Shown: piece after piece, positions 37,566 to 46,664 of the stretch
How the letters are laid out: every line of letters begins with the position of its first letter
Numbering within the stretch: position 1 is the first letter of the stretch
DNA from: Bryobacteraceae bacterium
GTDB taxonomy: Bacteria > Acidobacteriota > Terriglobia > Bryobacterales > Bryobacteraceae
Reading direction: 5' to 3'
DNA: 64,000 nt
NCBI GenBank assembly: GCA_035501155.1
Contig: DATJWO010000046.1
Span: forward strand, 182 to 64,181
Notes under the pieces: generated by a model
Told to the model about the DNA's origin: nothing
Seen by the model: the letters and a program-made list of their open reading frames with translations, nothing else
The model's database searches: none
Translations under genes and position numbers: made by a program

Positions 37566-38945
37566 TCACGCCGTCATGATCGCTGTGATGGTCGTTCGAT
37601 CCACTACCTTCTGATACGCGTCCAGCATCCCCTCGATCGGCACCACCGTCGTGGCGAGCGACTTCGCGTCGTACTGCCCGGCATCCAGCATCTCGACGAA
37701 ACGCGGGATGTCGCGCATTGGATTCGCTCCGCCCGCCTGCCCCGCGTGATGCGTGCGGCCGCCGATCGAAAAGAACACCGCTGGCAGCGTGATATTGCCC
37801 GTCGGCAAACTTGTCGTCACCACATGCCCGCCGGGGGCGCACATCAAGTACGCCTGCTGCATTGGCAGGATGCCCGTCGGATCCGGGCCTTCCTCCAGCT
37901 TCGGCTTCGCGCGATCGGCGCCCACGGCCTCCACGACGAAGTCCGCGCCCGCGCCGCCCAATAGCCCGCCCGCGTCACGGCCGCCAGCCCACAGCCGAGC
38001 GTTCGGTCCTTTTGATAGCTCGCGCACCTTCTGGACCAGTCCGTCGCCCTCGGCGTTGGGATCCAGTACATGCGTTGCGCCGACTTTGAGAGCCACCTCG
38101 CGCCGCACGCGAATCGGATCGATGGCGATGATCACCGACGCACCGGCAATGCGCGCGCCTTGCACCGCGCTTAGCCCCAACGGTCCCGCGCCAACCACCG
38201 CGACCGTCGAACTAGGCTCGATTGTGGCGAGCGATTGCGCCGTCGTGCAGCCGAGCCCCGCGACGCTAACGCAGCTGCACACCATGTCGAGTTCCACCGC
38301 CGGCGCTTTGGTGAAGATGGGCACCACCCATTCTTCGAACGTCACCATCAGCTCGGCCAGTCCGCCGATGTGCGAGTTCATGTACACAGGAGTGCCGTCG
38401 CGCATATCCGCCACCGGAACCAAGTCATTGGGACCTTGCCGGCCGAGAAACTGGCACATGTCCGCGCGCCCGCGTAGGCATTGGTAGCAAGATCCGCATT
38501 GCGGCGTTCCCGAAACGCATACGCGGTCGCCGACCTGGACGCGCCGGACTTCTGGTCCGACCGCCTCCACGATGCCAACGCCCCCATGGCCCTGAATCAG
38601 AGCCATGCGGGATAGCGCGAGAAATGCCTCGGGAATTTTGCGAGGCGGCGCGTTCTTCTCGGCGGCGGGCATCCCCGACGGCGGCAATCCGAGTACATCC
38701 GTCGACACGGAGTAGCACAGGTTCGTGGCTTCGGTTCGTACCACCACCTGCCGCCCGGTGATGGGACGCAGGGTCAGTTCTTGTAGTGTGGTCCTGCCAG
38801 GTCCCGTCCCGCGCGAGACCCATCCGCGGAATCGACGCGCAGTCTGGGCGCGCAGCGGCACTTGCGGCGCCAGCGCGACGCCCGCCGCGGCTGCTCCCGC
38901 TTGGATCAACTGTCTGCGCGAGCGCTTGTTGTTTTCCGTTGCCAT
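37566..38945 (-). CDS. Tat-exported zinc-type alcohol dehydrogenase (MDR superfamily)
   Basis: 459 aa. Twin-arginine signal KRSRRQLIQAGAAAAGVALA. Structural-zinc Cys cluster CGSCYQCLRGRADMC. Rossmann motif VAVVGAGPLGL. Confidence 0.82.
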   Translation of the reverse strand: MATENNKRSRRQLIQAGAAAAGVALAPQVPLRAQTARRFRGWVSRGTGPGRTTLQELTLRPITGRQVVVRTEATNLCYSVSTDVLGLPPSGMPAAEKNAPPRKIPEAFLALSRMALIQGHGGVGIVEAVGPEVRRVQVGDRVCVSGTPQCGSCYQCLRGRADMCQFLGRQGPNDLVPVADMRDGTPVYMNSHIGGLAELMVTFEEWVVPIFTKAPAVELDMVCSCVSVAGLGCTTAQSLATIEPSSTVAVVGAGPLGLSAVQGARIAGASVIIAIDPIRVRREVALKVGATHVLDPNAEGDGLVQKVRELSKGPNARLWAGGRDAGGLLGGAGADFVVEAVGADRAKPKLEEGPDPTGILPMQQAYLMCAPGGHVVTTSLPTGNITLPAVFFSIGGRTHHAGQAGGANPMRDIPRFVEMLDAGQYDAKSLATTVVPIEGMLDAYQKVVDRTTITAIMTA

Positions 38946-38965
38946 GGCAAACTCCGCCTACCACT

Positions 38966-40198
38966 CTACCAGCGCTTGAGGCCCTTGTGTCCGATGTCTT
39001 TGCGGTAGTGCATGCCATCGAAATGGATGGGGCGGATCGCTTCGTAAGTGCGGTGGATTGCTTCGGCCAGCGTGCGTCCGCTCGAAGTCACGCCGAGCAC
39101 GCGACCGCCAGCGGTCCTCAGAACATTGTTGTCTGATTTTGTTCCGGCCTGAAACACCATCGCATCGCCCACCCGATTCAGTCCCGTGATTGGATCGCCG
39201 GTTCGCACCGATCCGGGATATCCCGCCGCGGCCACAACCACGCACACCGATGGATCCGCGTGCCAGTTCAAAGGCGATTCGTCCAGCGCTCCGTGTGCCG
39301 CTGCGAACAGCGGTTCCACAAAATCCGACTCCATGCGATGCATCAGCACTTGAGTCTCGGGATCGCCGAGCCGCGCGTTGAACTCCAGCACTTTCGGTCC
39401 TTGCGCCGTCATCATCAAGCCCGCGTACAGAAAGCCTGTAAACGGCACACCTTCGCCGCGCATATTCTGAACCGCGGGGCGAATAATGCGCGCCATCACA
39501 TCGGCCTTTTGATAATCATCCAGGATCCGCCCGTCGCAATACGCACCCATCCCGCCGGTGTTCGGCCCCGTATCGCCATCGTGAACGGTCTTATGGTCCT
39601 GCGTCGGCTCCAGCGGTAGGATGTTGACGCCATCGCTCAAGACGATAAAGCTCACCTCCTCGCCTCGGAGAAACTCTTCAATGACGAGACTAGATCCGGG
39701 TTGCATTAGCTGCTGGACGGCGCTTTCCGCATCTTCCGGTGTTTCGGCGATGATCACGCCCTTGCCCGCCGCCAGGCCGTCGGCTTTGAGAACAACTGGG
39801 AAATCGAATTCGTCGAGCGCAGCACGAGCTTCATCGACGCTGCTCACTGTTGTAAATCGGGCCGTCGGGATCCCCGCCCGCATCATGAACTCTTTCGCGA
39901 AAGTCTTGCTGGCCTCTAAACGCGCCGCGGCTGCCGTTGGACCCACAATTCTCCGTCCGGCCGCCCGAAACTGATCCACGATCCCGGCGGCCAACGGCGC
40001 TTCTGGACCCACCACGGTCAGGTCGGCATCGATGGATTCCGCGGCCGCCAGGTAGTCCGAAGTCGCCAGGCACTTCGCCACCTGTGCAATCCCCGGATTT
40101 CCGGGCGCGGCGTATAGAACGGACGTCTTGGGGCTTTGCGCAAGCTTCCAGCACAAAGCGTGTTCGCGGCCTCCAGAGCCAATCACGAGGATCTTCAT
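38966..40198 (-). CDS. purD: Phosphoribosylamine--glycine ligase
   Basis: Start moved to ATG 40198 (MKILVIGSGGREHALCWKLAQSP). ATP-grasp body ...VVLKADGLAAGKGV... and ...NARLGDPETQ. Confidence 0.95.
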   Translation of the reverse strand: MKILVIGSGGREHALCWKLAQSPKTSVLYAAPGNPGIAQVAKCLATSDYLAAAESIDADLTVVGPEAPLAAGIVDQFRAAGRRIVGPTAAAARLEASKTFAKEFMMRAGIPTARFTTVSSVDEARAALDEFDFPVVLKADGLAAGKGVIIAETPEDAESAVQQLMQPGSSLVIEEFLRGEEVSFIVLSDGVNILPLEPTQDHKTVHDGDTGPNTGGMGAYCDGRILDDYQKADVMARIIRPAVQNMRGEGVPFTGFLYAGLMMTAQGPKVLEFNARLGDPETQVLMHRMESDFVEPLFAAAHGALDESPLNWHADPSVCVVVAAAGYPGSVRTGDPITGLNRVGDAMVFQAGTKSDNNVLRTAGGRVLGVTSSGRTLAEAIHRTYEAIRPIHFDGMHYRKDIGHKGLKRW

Positions 40199-40261
40199 TC
40201 GAGTAAATGCAAAAGCTAACACACGCACGAACCCGTATGCCACACTAAGTACTGAACTGCC

Positions 40262-42091
40262 GTGAAGTCATCGCGATATGACGTCGTTGTCGTTGGCGCC
40301 GGACACGCCGGCTGCGAGGCCGCGCGCGCGTGCGCCCGCATGGGCCTGCGCACTGCGATGATCACGATGAATCTCGACCTGATCGCGCAGATGTCCTGCA
40401 ATCCCGCTATCGGCGGCATCGCCAAAGGCCACTTGGTGCGCGAGATCGACGCACTCGGCGGCGTGATGGGCGAAGTGACGGACGCGGTGGGCATCCAGTT
40501 CCGGCTCTTGAACACCAGTCGCGGCCCAGCCGTCTGGTCGCCGCGCGCGCAATGCGACAAGAAACAGTACCGCATCAAGATGCGCGAGATGCTGGAGCGT
40601 GAGCCGAACCTGCGGATTCTTCAAGCCGAAGTGGCGCAACTAGTGATCGAAAATGCCCGGGTGACGGGCGTTCACCTGCGCGACGGCAGAACAATCGCAA
40701 GCGATTCTGTTGTGGTCACCACGGGGACGTTCCTCAATGGCCTCGCGCACGTCGGCGAGATGAAGTATAGCTGCGGCCGAAACGGCGAGGCGCCTTCGAA
40801 TCTGCTGGGCGATCAACTCCGGACCCTGGGCCTTGCCTGGACGCGCCTCAAGACCGGCACTCCTCCTCGCTTGGATGGCCGCACGATCGACTGGGAGCGC
40901 TTCGAGCCGCAGCACGGCGACCTGGAACCAACTCCTTTCTCTTTTCTTACTAACAAGATAGAGCGGGAACAGATAAACTGTTATATATCGTACACTACGG
41001 AGAAGACGCTACAGATTCTCAAGGATAGCATCGCCCGCTCCCCTCTCTACAGCGGCCAGATCGAAGGCATCGGCCCGCGCTATTGCCCATCTATCGAAGA
41101 TAAAGTAGTCAAGTTCCCCGATAAGGATCGGCATCAACTCTTTCTGGAGCCCGAAGGCCTGGACACCAACGAAGTCTACGTCAACGGTATGTCCACTAGC
41201 ATGCCCATCGACGTTCAGGCGGCTGTAGTGGCCTCCATACCGGGTCTGGAAAATGCCGAGATGATCCGGCCAGGGTACGCGATTGAATACGACGCGATCG
41301 ATCCTCGCGAGCTTCAGCGAAGCCTGGAAGTGAAGTCGATCGCAGGGCTTTTTCTTGCCGGACAGATCAATGGGACATCGGGCTACGAAGAAGCCGCGTG
41401 CCAGGGCCTGATCGCCGGGATCAATGCCGCGCGTCGGATTGGCCGCCTCGATCCCGTGGTGATCGGCCGGACTGAAGGGTACACTGGAATTCTCATCGAC
41501 GATCTGATCAGCAAAGGCGCCGACGAGCCCTATCGCATGTTCACATCGCGCGCCGAATTCCGTCTGCACCTGCGAATCGACAACGCGGATGAGCGGCTTA
41601 CGCCCTTGGGCCGGGAAGTCGGCTTGGTCAGCGAGGAGCGCTGGAGCCTCTATCAGCGCAAACAGGAGCAGAAGTATGAGCTAACCCGGATGCTCGGAAC
41701 TACGCGAAATGGTTCGGCCGACGATCGCCCTACGCTATGGCAATGGCTGAAGCGCCCTGAGGCGAAGATCGCGACGCTTGCGCAGCAAATCCGGGAGACG
41801 CTACGCTGTGATCCAGTCCACGGCCTGCTGGCAACCGTTGAGACCGAGGCCAAATATTCGGGATACATCGCCCAACAAGAGCGACAAATCGAGCGTCTGC
41901 GCGACTCCGAGCGTCGACGTATTCCCGCTGAGTTCGAGTTTGCCGGAATTCCTGGTCTTTCGATCGAAGTCAGGCAGAAACTGGAACGTGTGCGCCCGCA
42001 AACCTTGGGACAAGCGGGGCGGATTCCCGGCGTCACTCCCGCCGCGATTGCGGTCTTGGACATTTACCTCAGCCTCGGTGCCCACGCCTGA
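40262..42091 (+). CDS. mnmG: tRNA uridine-5-carboxymethylaminomethyl modification enzyme MnmG (GidA)
   Basis: 609 aa. [37 protein letters not shown] and [11 protein letters not shown] are hallmark GidA motifs. Confidence 0.96.
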   Translation: MKSSRYDVVVVGAGHAGCEAARACARMGLRTAMITMNLDLIAQMSCNPAIGGIAKGHLVREIDALGGVMGEVTDAVGIQFRLLNTSRGPAVWSPRAQCDKKQYRIKMREMLEREPNLRILQAEVAQLVIENARVTGVHLRDGRTIASDSVVVTTGTFLNGLAHVGEMKYSCGRNGEAPSNLLGDQLRTLGLAWTRLKTGTPPRLDGRTIDWERFEPQHGDLEPTPFSFLTNKIEREQINCYISYTTEKTLQILKDSIARSPLYSGQIEGIGPRYCPSIEDKVVKFPDKDRHQLFLEPEGLDTNEVYVNGMSTSMPIDVQAAVVASIPGLENAEMIRPGYAIEYDAIDPRELQRSLEVKSIAGLFLAGQINGTSGYEEAACQGLIAGINAARRIGRLDPVVIGRTEGYTGILIDDLISKGADEPYRMFTSRAEFRLHLRIDNADERLTPLGREVGLVSEERWSLYQRKQEQKYELTRMLGTTRNGSADDRPTLWQWLKRPEAKIATLAQQIRETLRCDPVHGLLATVETEAKYSGYIAQQERQIERLRDSERRRIPAEFEFAGIPGLSIEVRQKLERVRPQTLGQAGRIPGVTPAAIAVLDIYLSLGAHA

Positions 42092-42716
42092 GTCCCGGCC
42101 GGTCCCGGCCTGGTTTGCCCAGCTCCTGACGCAAGAGCTTAAACTCTGGGTCAGCCTCTCGGGCGAACAAATCAGTCAGCTTTACCAGCATTATGCTCTC
42201 CTGGTTGAATGGAACAAGAAGATCAGCCTAACGTCCGTAAGGCCGGGACCGGAAATGGTCATCCGGCACTACTGCGAGTCACTGTTCTTTGGCGCCCATC
42301 TGCCGTTTGCGGACGCTAGAGCATCAATCCTGGACATTGGTTCGGGGGCAGGCTTCCCGGGTGTGCCCATGGCGGTCCTCCGGCCAGATTGGCGTTTGGA
42401 GTTGATAGAATCCGTTCAGAGGAAAGCCGTGTTTCTACGCGAAGCCACGCGGCATCTTAGCAACACCCGCGTCCTGGCGAAGCGGGCAGAGGACATAATG
42501 GATCGAGGGGATTGGATCGTTTCTCGGGCGGTAGATCCGCGCGACGTCCTGCAGAAGCTACCGCGCCTGGCTCCTCGAGTGGGGCTGATGCTAGGCGAAG
42601 ATGATTTTTCGGAGCTTCAGAAGCTTTCGGACATTGCATGGGCTAGTCCGGTTCGGTTACCTTGGGGAGACCGAAGATTGTGCGTCTACGGGGAGTTTGT
42701 TCCACGTGAAACATGA
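42078..42716 (+). CDS. rsmG: 16S rRNA (guanine527-N7)-methyltransferase
   Basis: GidB-like ...[13 protein letters not shown]...HYCESL...[17 protein letters not shown]... The start is assigned to the in-frame GTG at 42078, a 14-nt overlap with mnmG. The long upstream extension of the track ORF lies inside mnmG. Confidence 0.85.
   Translation: MPTPESRPVPAWFAQLLTQELKLWVSLSGEQISQLYQHYALLVEWNKKISLTSVRPGPEMVIRHYCESLFFGAHLPFADARASILDIGSGAGFPGVPMAVLRPDWRLELIESVQRKAVFLREATRHLSNTRVLAKRAEDIMDRGDWIVSRAVDPRDVLQKLPRLAPRVGLMLGEDDFSELQKLSDIAWASPVRLPWGDRRLCVYGEFVPRET
42698..42713. promoter_or_regulatory. parS centromere-like site (perfect match to TGTTNCACGTGAAACA)
   Basis: TGTTCCACGTGAAACA lies at the 3' end of rsmG. 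Confidence 0.8.
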
Positions 42717-42722
42717 TCTATT

Positions 42723-42738
42723 GGTTCCACGTGGAACA
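42723..42738. promoter_or_regulatory. Second, degenerate parS-like palindrome abutting the parA start codon
   Basis: GGTTCCACGTGGAACA has 2 mismatches to the consensus. Its last base is the A of the parA ATG. Confidence 0.6.
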
Positions 42739-43520
42739 TGGCAAAAGTTATAGCCATCGCAAACCAGAAAGGCGGCGTCGGCAAAACCACGACCGCCATC
42801 AATCTCAGCGCGTCGTTGGCTGCAAACGACCTCCGCGTTTTACTCATCGATTCCGACCCACAGGGAAATGCGACGACAGGACTTGGCGTCGCAAAAACCG
42901 GCGATCGTCCAACCCTTTATGAGGTTCTGCTCGGCGACGCCGACATCGCATCCGCGATCCTCCACACCGAGGTGGAAGGCCTGGATCTTCTCCCCTCGGA
43001 CAAAAATCTTGTGGCCGCGAACCTGGAGTTGGTCGATATTCCCCAGCGCGAATCAAGGCTCCGCGAGAGAATCGAACCCATTCGCGATCGTTACAACTTC
43101 GTCCTGATCGATTGCCCTCCAGCCCTGGACCTGCTGACTCTGAATGCGATGGTCGCTGCGGATTCCGTCCTTGTTCCCATTCAATGCGAGTTCTTCGCCC
43201 TCGAAGGTATCTCGCAGTTGTTGGATACGGTGGAACGCGTCCGCACAGGTTTCGATCGCGAACTCAAGGTGGAAGGCGTCCTGCTGACGATGTACGACGA
43301 CCGTACCAATCTAACGCGCCAAGTTGAGCAAGATCTCCGCAGCTTCTTTGAGAACACTGTCTTTGCGACGGTAATTCCTCGCAGTATCCGCTTGGCAGAA
43401 GCCCCCAGTTACGGTAAGCCCATTCTCATTTATGACGTCCGCTCACGTGGCGCCGAAAGCTATATCCAGCTCGCAAAGGAGATCCTGGCCCGTGGACAAA
43501 CTGCAGGACAAACAACGTAA
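42738..43520 (+). CDS. parA: Chromosome partitioning ATPase ParA/Soj
   Basis: 260 aa with the deviant Walker A in [23 protein letters not shown]. Confidence 0.95.
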   Translation: MAKVIAIANQKGGVGKTTTAINLSASLAANDLRVLLIDSDPQGNATTGLGVAKTGDRPTLYEVLLGDADIASAILHTEVEGLDLLPSDKNLVAANLELVDIPQRESRLRERIEPIRDRYNFVLIDCPPALDLLTLNAMVAADSVLVPIQCEFFALEGISQLLDTVERVRTGFDRELKVEGVLLTMYDDRTNLTRQVEQDLRSFFENTVFATVIPRSIRLAEAPSYGKPILIYDVRSRGAESYIQLAKEILARGQTAGQTT

Positions 43521-44397
43521 GGCGCTCGGCAGGGGTCTCTCGGCCCTCCTACCACAGAAGCCTTCGGCTGCTCCTACCCCGATCGCGACGGAACAATCCG
43601 TCCCGGTTTCGCGCGTGTCCACAATTGCGATATCTGAGATCCAGCCAAATCCATTGCAGCCCCGGAGCGTCTTTGAAGCTTCACGCCTGGAAGAACTCGC
43701 TAACTCAATAGAAACACATGGGATAATACAGCCATTGCTGGTTCGGCGCAAGGGATCTGGCTTTGAGCTCATCGCAGGCGAGCGTCGGCTTCGTGCAGCG
43801 AAACTCGCGGGGTTAGCCGAAGTCCCGGCGATCGTTCAAGACTACGCGGACGACCGGATCCTGGAAATCGCACTGATCGAAAACATCCAGCGCGAAGACC
43901 TGAATCCGATCGAAACTGCGCAAGCGCTGGACCGGCTTAGCCGTGAGATGAATCTGAGCCACGACGAAATCGCCGCGCGGACCGGCAAGGATCGGACCAC
44001 AATCACTAACATGATCCGGCTCCTTCGCCTGCCCAAGGATGTTCAGCTCCTGGTCGCCGAGCGACGGCTCTCTATGGGCCACGCACGTGCCATCCTGGGC
44101 CTTGCGACACCGGAATTGCAAACTCAGCTCGCCGAGAAAGCAGCCGCCCAGGGCTATTCGGTCCGCCAAGTGGAGCGGCTCGTCAAGAAGGTCAATGAAC
44201 CCAGAGAGCCCTCCGAGAAGCCACTGCAGGATCCCAACATCAAGGCCGCTGTCGGGGAACTGGAGAGTGCGCTCGGAACCAGAGTTCGCATCGTGGAGAA
44301 ATCGGATCAGCAAGGCCGGATCGAAATCGAATACTACTCCCAGGAAGAGCTGAACCGCATTTACGAGTGGATCGTGTCCCCTGCCCGCAAGGACTGA
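43492..44397 (+). CDS. parB: Chromosome partitioning protein ParB/Spo0J
   Basis: ...[13 protein letters not shown]..., ParB box [16 protein letters not shown], and the HTH ...[23 protein letters not shown]. The start is tentatively the GTG at 43492, which overlaps the parA end. Confidence 0.9.
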   Translation: MDKLQDKQRKALGRGLSALLPQKPSAAPTPIATEQSVPVSRVSTIAISEIQPNPLQPRSVFEASRLEELANSIETHGIIQPLLVRRKGSGFELIAGERRLRAAKLAGLAEVPAIVQDYADDRILEIALIENIQREDLNPIETAQALDRLSREMNLSHDEIAARTGKDRTTITNMIRLLRLPKDVQLLVAERRLSMGHARAILGLATPELQTQLAEKAAAQGYSVRQVERLVKKVNEPREPSEKPLQDPNIKAAVGELESALGTRVRIVEKSDQQGRIEIEYYSQEELNRIYEWIVSPARKD

Positions 44398-44474
44398 TGG
44401 TGCCGGCGGCAGGACTCGAACCTGCGACCTGCGGATTATGAGACCGCCGCTCTAACCACCTGAGCTACACCGGC
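44398..44474 (-). tRNA. tRNA with CAT anticodon (elongator Met, or Ile2 if lysidinylated), CCA encoded
   Basis: Reverse complement: GCCGGTG-TA-GCTC-AGGTGGTTA-GAGC-G-GCGGT-CTCATAA-TCCGC-AGGTC-GCAGG-TTCGAGT-CCTGC-CGCCGGC-A-CCA. G1:C72 is paired, so it is not an initiator. Confidence 0.88.
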
Positions 44475-44538
44475 AAAGTATTGCTTTTTTCAGGTTAGGC
44501 AGAGCGGGCGGGACATGTCAACTCGAAGATATTTAATC

Positions 44539-44569
44539 ATTAAATCCGAAATTGTATACTTGACAAACC
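44539..44569. repeat. Left inverted repeat
   Basis: The core CGAAATTGTATACTTGACAAACC (44547-44569) equals the reverse complement of 49479-49501 except for one base. Weaker similarity (ATTAAATC versus ATTTAAT) extends outward. Confidence 0.6.
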
Positions 44570-44637
44570 TTAGCCTCAAGTATGTTATTTACATTACATG
44601 CTTGGAGCTAAGCCAGCCTCACGTGAATCTTACTAGT

Positions 44638-44713
44638 GTGCTGGGAGCGCGTCTGCCGTGGGAACACTCGATAACACGGTGTTCCACACTGGGGGCAGAT
44701 CGCCTCCCAGCAC
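44638..44713. other. 76-nt long imperfect hairpin just inside the left inverted repeat
   Basis: GTGCTGGGAG (44638-47) pairs with CTCCCAGCAC (44704-13). Inner helices are TCTGCC/GGCAGA and GTGGGAACAC/GTGTTCC(A)CAC. The loop is 11 nt (TCGATAACACG). Confidence 0.5.
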
Positions 44714-44998
44714 CAGTGATTCTACGCCGGTTTCGTTTCTGGGACGATCCCAACATTACGTGATTTTCGCTGCTTGAGCAATTTGTGGGCCGCATGTTTC
44801 AGCGGCCCCTTAGCTTTGATTTGCTTTACCGCGCTCAGCAATGCTCTACACTGCGATGCTAGGCTACGCTGTGCTTTGGATCGAACTCCCTTAGTGTAGC
44901 CGAATCGGCGTAAAATGAAAACAGCCGGACCGTGAATCCGGCTGTTCTTAATCTTGGTGGGCGATCTCCATTTCAAGGTAACACGGAGGTGTGCCCAA

Positions 44999-45319
44999 AT
45001 GCGAACGACCTGCCGATGCGCGATGATCCTGGCTATGGTGATTTCTGCTATAGCTGCGCAAGATGGATCGAAACGCGATGCCAAGATTACGATCACCGTG
45101 GGGCCAAGCGATTCCCCGCTCAACGCTGCGTCTTGCAAAGAGTCTTCCTACGGAAATTTACACAACGGCGACCGCACCAAATTGACACCGGGAGAGATCG
45201 GCGAGTACGTAGCGCGTGTAATTAAAGAAGGAAACATCCTTACCATCTACCCCGAGAGCAAGGACGGCATCTTTGTCTACGCACGGTGTCCCAACAGCGA
45301 ACCTAAGGCGTCTCAGTGA
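44999..45319 (+). CDS. Small exported hypothetical protein (106 aa)
   Basis: ATG 44999 is preceded by GGAGG 9 nt upstream. Signal peptide MRTTCRCAMILAMVISAIAAQ. No family recognised. Confidence 0.6.
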   Translation: MRTTCRCAMILAMVISAIAAQDGSKRDAKITITVGPSDSPLNAASCKESSYGNLHNGDRTKLTPGEIGEYVARVIKEGNILTIYPESKDGIFVYARCPNSEPKASQ

Positions 45320-45749
45320 TGCTTTTGACGCTTGGCTTCTCGAACTTGGCGCAGACTTCGAACGGCGGCGGTGCCGTAAAGTCGGCTGGGGATTGGTAAG
45401 CGACAGCAAAACCTTCTCCGGCTGCATTGATGGTGGCAACTGAATATCTACCAGCTACTGCATTCGCAGGAATCAGCACAGTGACAGTGAAGACCCTAGG
45501 AGAAGATGGATGCTCCGAAGGGCTACCAAATCTATTGAGGTGATCCGATGTCTGTGATGCGTCGGTGGTAACCAATACATTCACGTTCGTAATGGTGTTC
45601 GCGTATCTTCCTTCCATCGTAATGGTGAACGTCGGACCCTTTCCTGGTGCGTAGCACGGCTTAGTGGTTGATTGAGCAAGCGCCGTCGAGCAGGCGGCGA
45701 TTCCCGCCAGCGCGAACAGCGCCTTCGTAAAACAAGCAATTGGTTTCAT
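45303..45749 (-). CDS. Hypothetical lipoprotein (148 aa)
   Basis: AAGGAG lies 5 nt upstream of the ATG. The signal peptide has a lipobox: ...FALAGIAAC|S. No family recognised. Confidence 0.6.
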   Translation of the reverse strand: MKPIACFTKALFALAGIAACSTALAQSTTKPCYAPGKGPTFTITMEGRYANTITNVNVLVTTDASQTSDHLNRFGSPSEHPSSPRVFTVTVLIPANAVAGRYSVATINAAGEGFAVAYQSPADFTAPPPFEVCAKFEKPSVKSITETP

Positions 45750-45984
45750 GTTGTCTCCTTATGAGCACACTTTCCCTGTTGCATTCCCGGCAGGTTTTGT
45801 TTTACGATTGGGGTGGCTACCAACCATCCCATCGCTTGCAACCCGAGGTGAACAAGGCCTCGGGCCTCCCGGCAGCTACAACAAATCAGCTAATAAATGT
45901 TCGATTCACTGACACTGCATCATTGTAGCATTTAGACCGAAATAGGCCACTAAATTTTGCCGTGAAATGGTAGTCTAAAAGTGT

Positions 45985-46105
45985 CCGGCCATGGCGGAAT
46001 TGGCAGACGCGCCGGGTTGTATGGCGGCCTAGAATTGCTGGGCCACGATGCATCCCGGTGCCGAGTCAAATCGGCGTGGGGGTTCAAGGCCCGCTGGCCG
46101 GACCA
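45985..46105 (+). tRNA. Atypical class-II (Leu-type) tRNA-like gene with ~30 extra nt in the anticodon loop (pseudogene or non-canonical RNA)
   Basis: CCGGCCA-TG-GCG-GAATTGGCAGA-CGC-G-CCGGG-[37 nt]-CCCGG-TGCCGAGTCAAATCGGCGT-GGGGG-TTCAAGG-CCCGC-TGGCCGG-A-CCA. The acceptor stem is a perfect 7 bp, and the D-arm and long variable arm are Leu-like. The loop is 37 nt instead of 7, and position 1 is C. Confidence 0.5.
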
Positions 46106-46306
46106 CTACTTTAAGCGGTACCTTCCAGGGCCCATGCGAACAAACAACTCAGTGTAGCCTCCCGGATTGCCGACCCGATGTTTTGGAAGGAAGGTGCCAG
46201 CCCAATGGATCGCAAGCACCGCGTTGACTTCGGACGGCGAGAATATCGAGCCGAGTTTACCGCTTTTTGCGGCTTCTCGTATTCTTCGAATCGTCTCGCG
46301 TTCCAC
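46106..46306 (-). CDS. Hypothetical 66-aa protein (possible winged-helix-like C-terminus)
   Basis: GTG-start ORF ending ...GGYTELFVRMGPGRYRLK. Its stop abuts the 3' end of the tRNA-like gene. A 55-aa GTG ORF (46424 downward) overlaps its start in another frame, so this could be a frameshifted gene. Confidence 0.35.
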   Translation of the reverse strand: MERETIRRIREAAKSGKLGSIFSPSEVNAVLAIHWAGTFLPKHRVGNPGGYTELFVRMGPGRYRLK

Positions 46307-46438
46307 TTGATGAAATTCCTGCCTTCTTCGGTTGCTTCGGTTCTGGCTTGATCTTCAGGATATCCGTGACTGCTTCGTCAAAGGTTAACGGGCGCAAAGA
46401 CAGTTGGCGCTCTTTTTTGTTCACAGTATCATTGTATT

Positions 46439-46511
46439 GCGCCCGTAGCTCAGGTGTATAGAGCAGTTCTATCGCAAGAACAGGTCGTGGGTTAGAATCC
46501 CACCGGGCGCA
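46439..46511 (+). tRNA. Aberrant tRNA-like gene (Arg-type acceptor, CGC in a 6/8-nt anticodon loop, A56, no CCA); probable pseudogene
   Basis: GCGCCCG-TA-GCTC-AGGTGTATA-GAGC-A-GTTCT-ATCGCA-AGAAC-AGGTC-GTGGG-TTAGAAT-CCCAC-CGGGCGC-A. The anticodon arm is 16 nt instead of 17. The T-loop is TTAGAAT rather than TTCGAAT. Confidence 0.45.
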
Positions 46512-46664
46512 TACAGGACTATCTTGTCACCAACTCTGTGATCGTGTTATACTTCAATCGCGATAGAACTGCGAATGCCTTGAGCGGGGTGTAAATCCTG
46601 ATCGGTTCGCACGGCTAGTCTTGTGGGTCTAGACCTTGAAATCTTGTACTCATACTAGCCGGGT

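Noticed and set aside
44398-44530. A classical tRNA-targeted integrase island at tRNA-Met(CAT).
   Set aside because: The low-GC segment abuts the 5' end of the tRNA, not the 3' end. No integrase gene is present, and I found no direct repeat of the tRNA 3' end at the far boundary. Inverted repeats plus an IS1595 transposase fit better.
45985-46105. The Leu-type tRNA-like element considered as tmRNA or as a tRNA with a group I intron.
   Set aside because: It is only 121 nt. It lacks a G3:U70 Ala-like acceptor or a tag ORF, so it is not tmRNA. The 30-nt insert is far too short for a group I intron.
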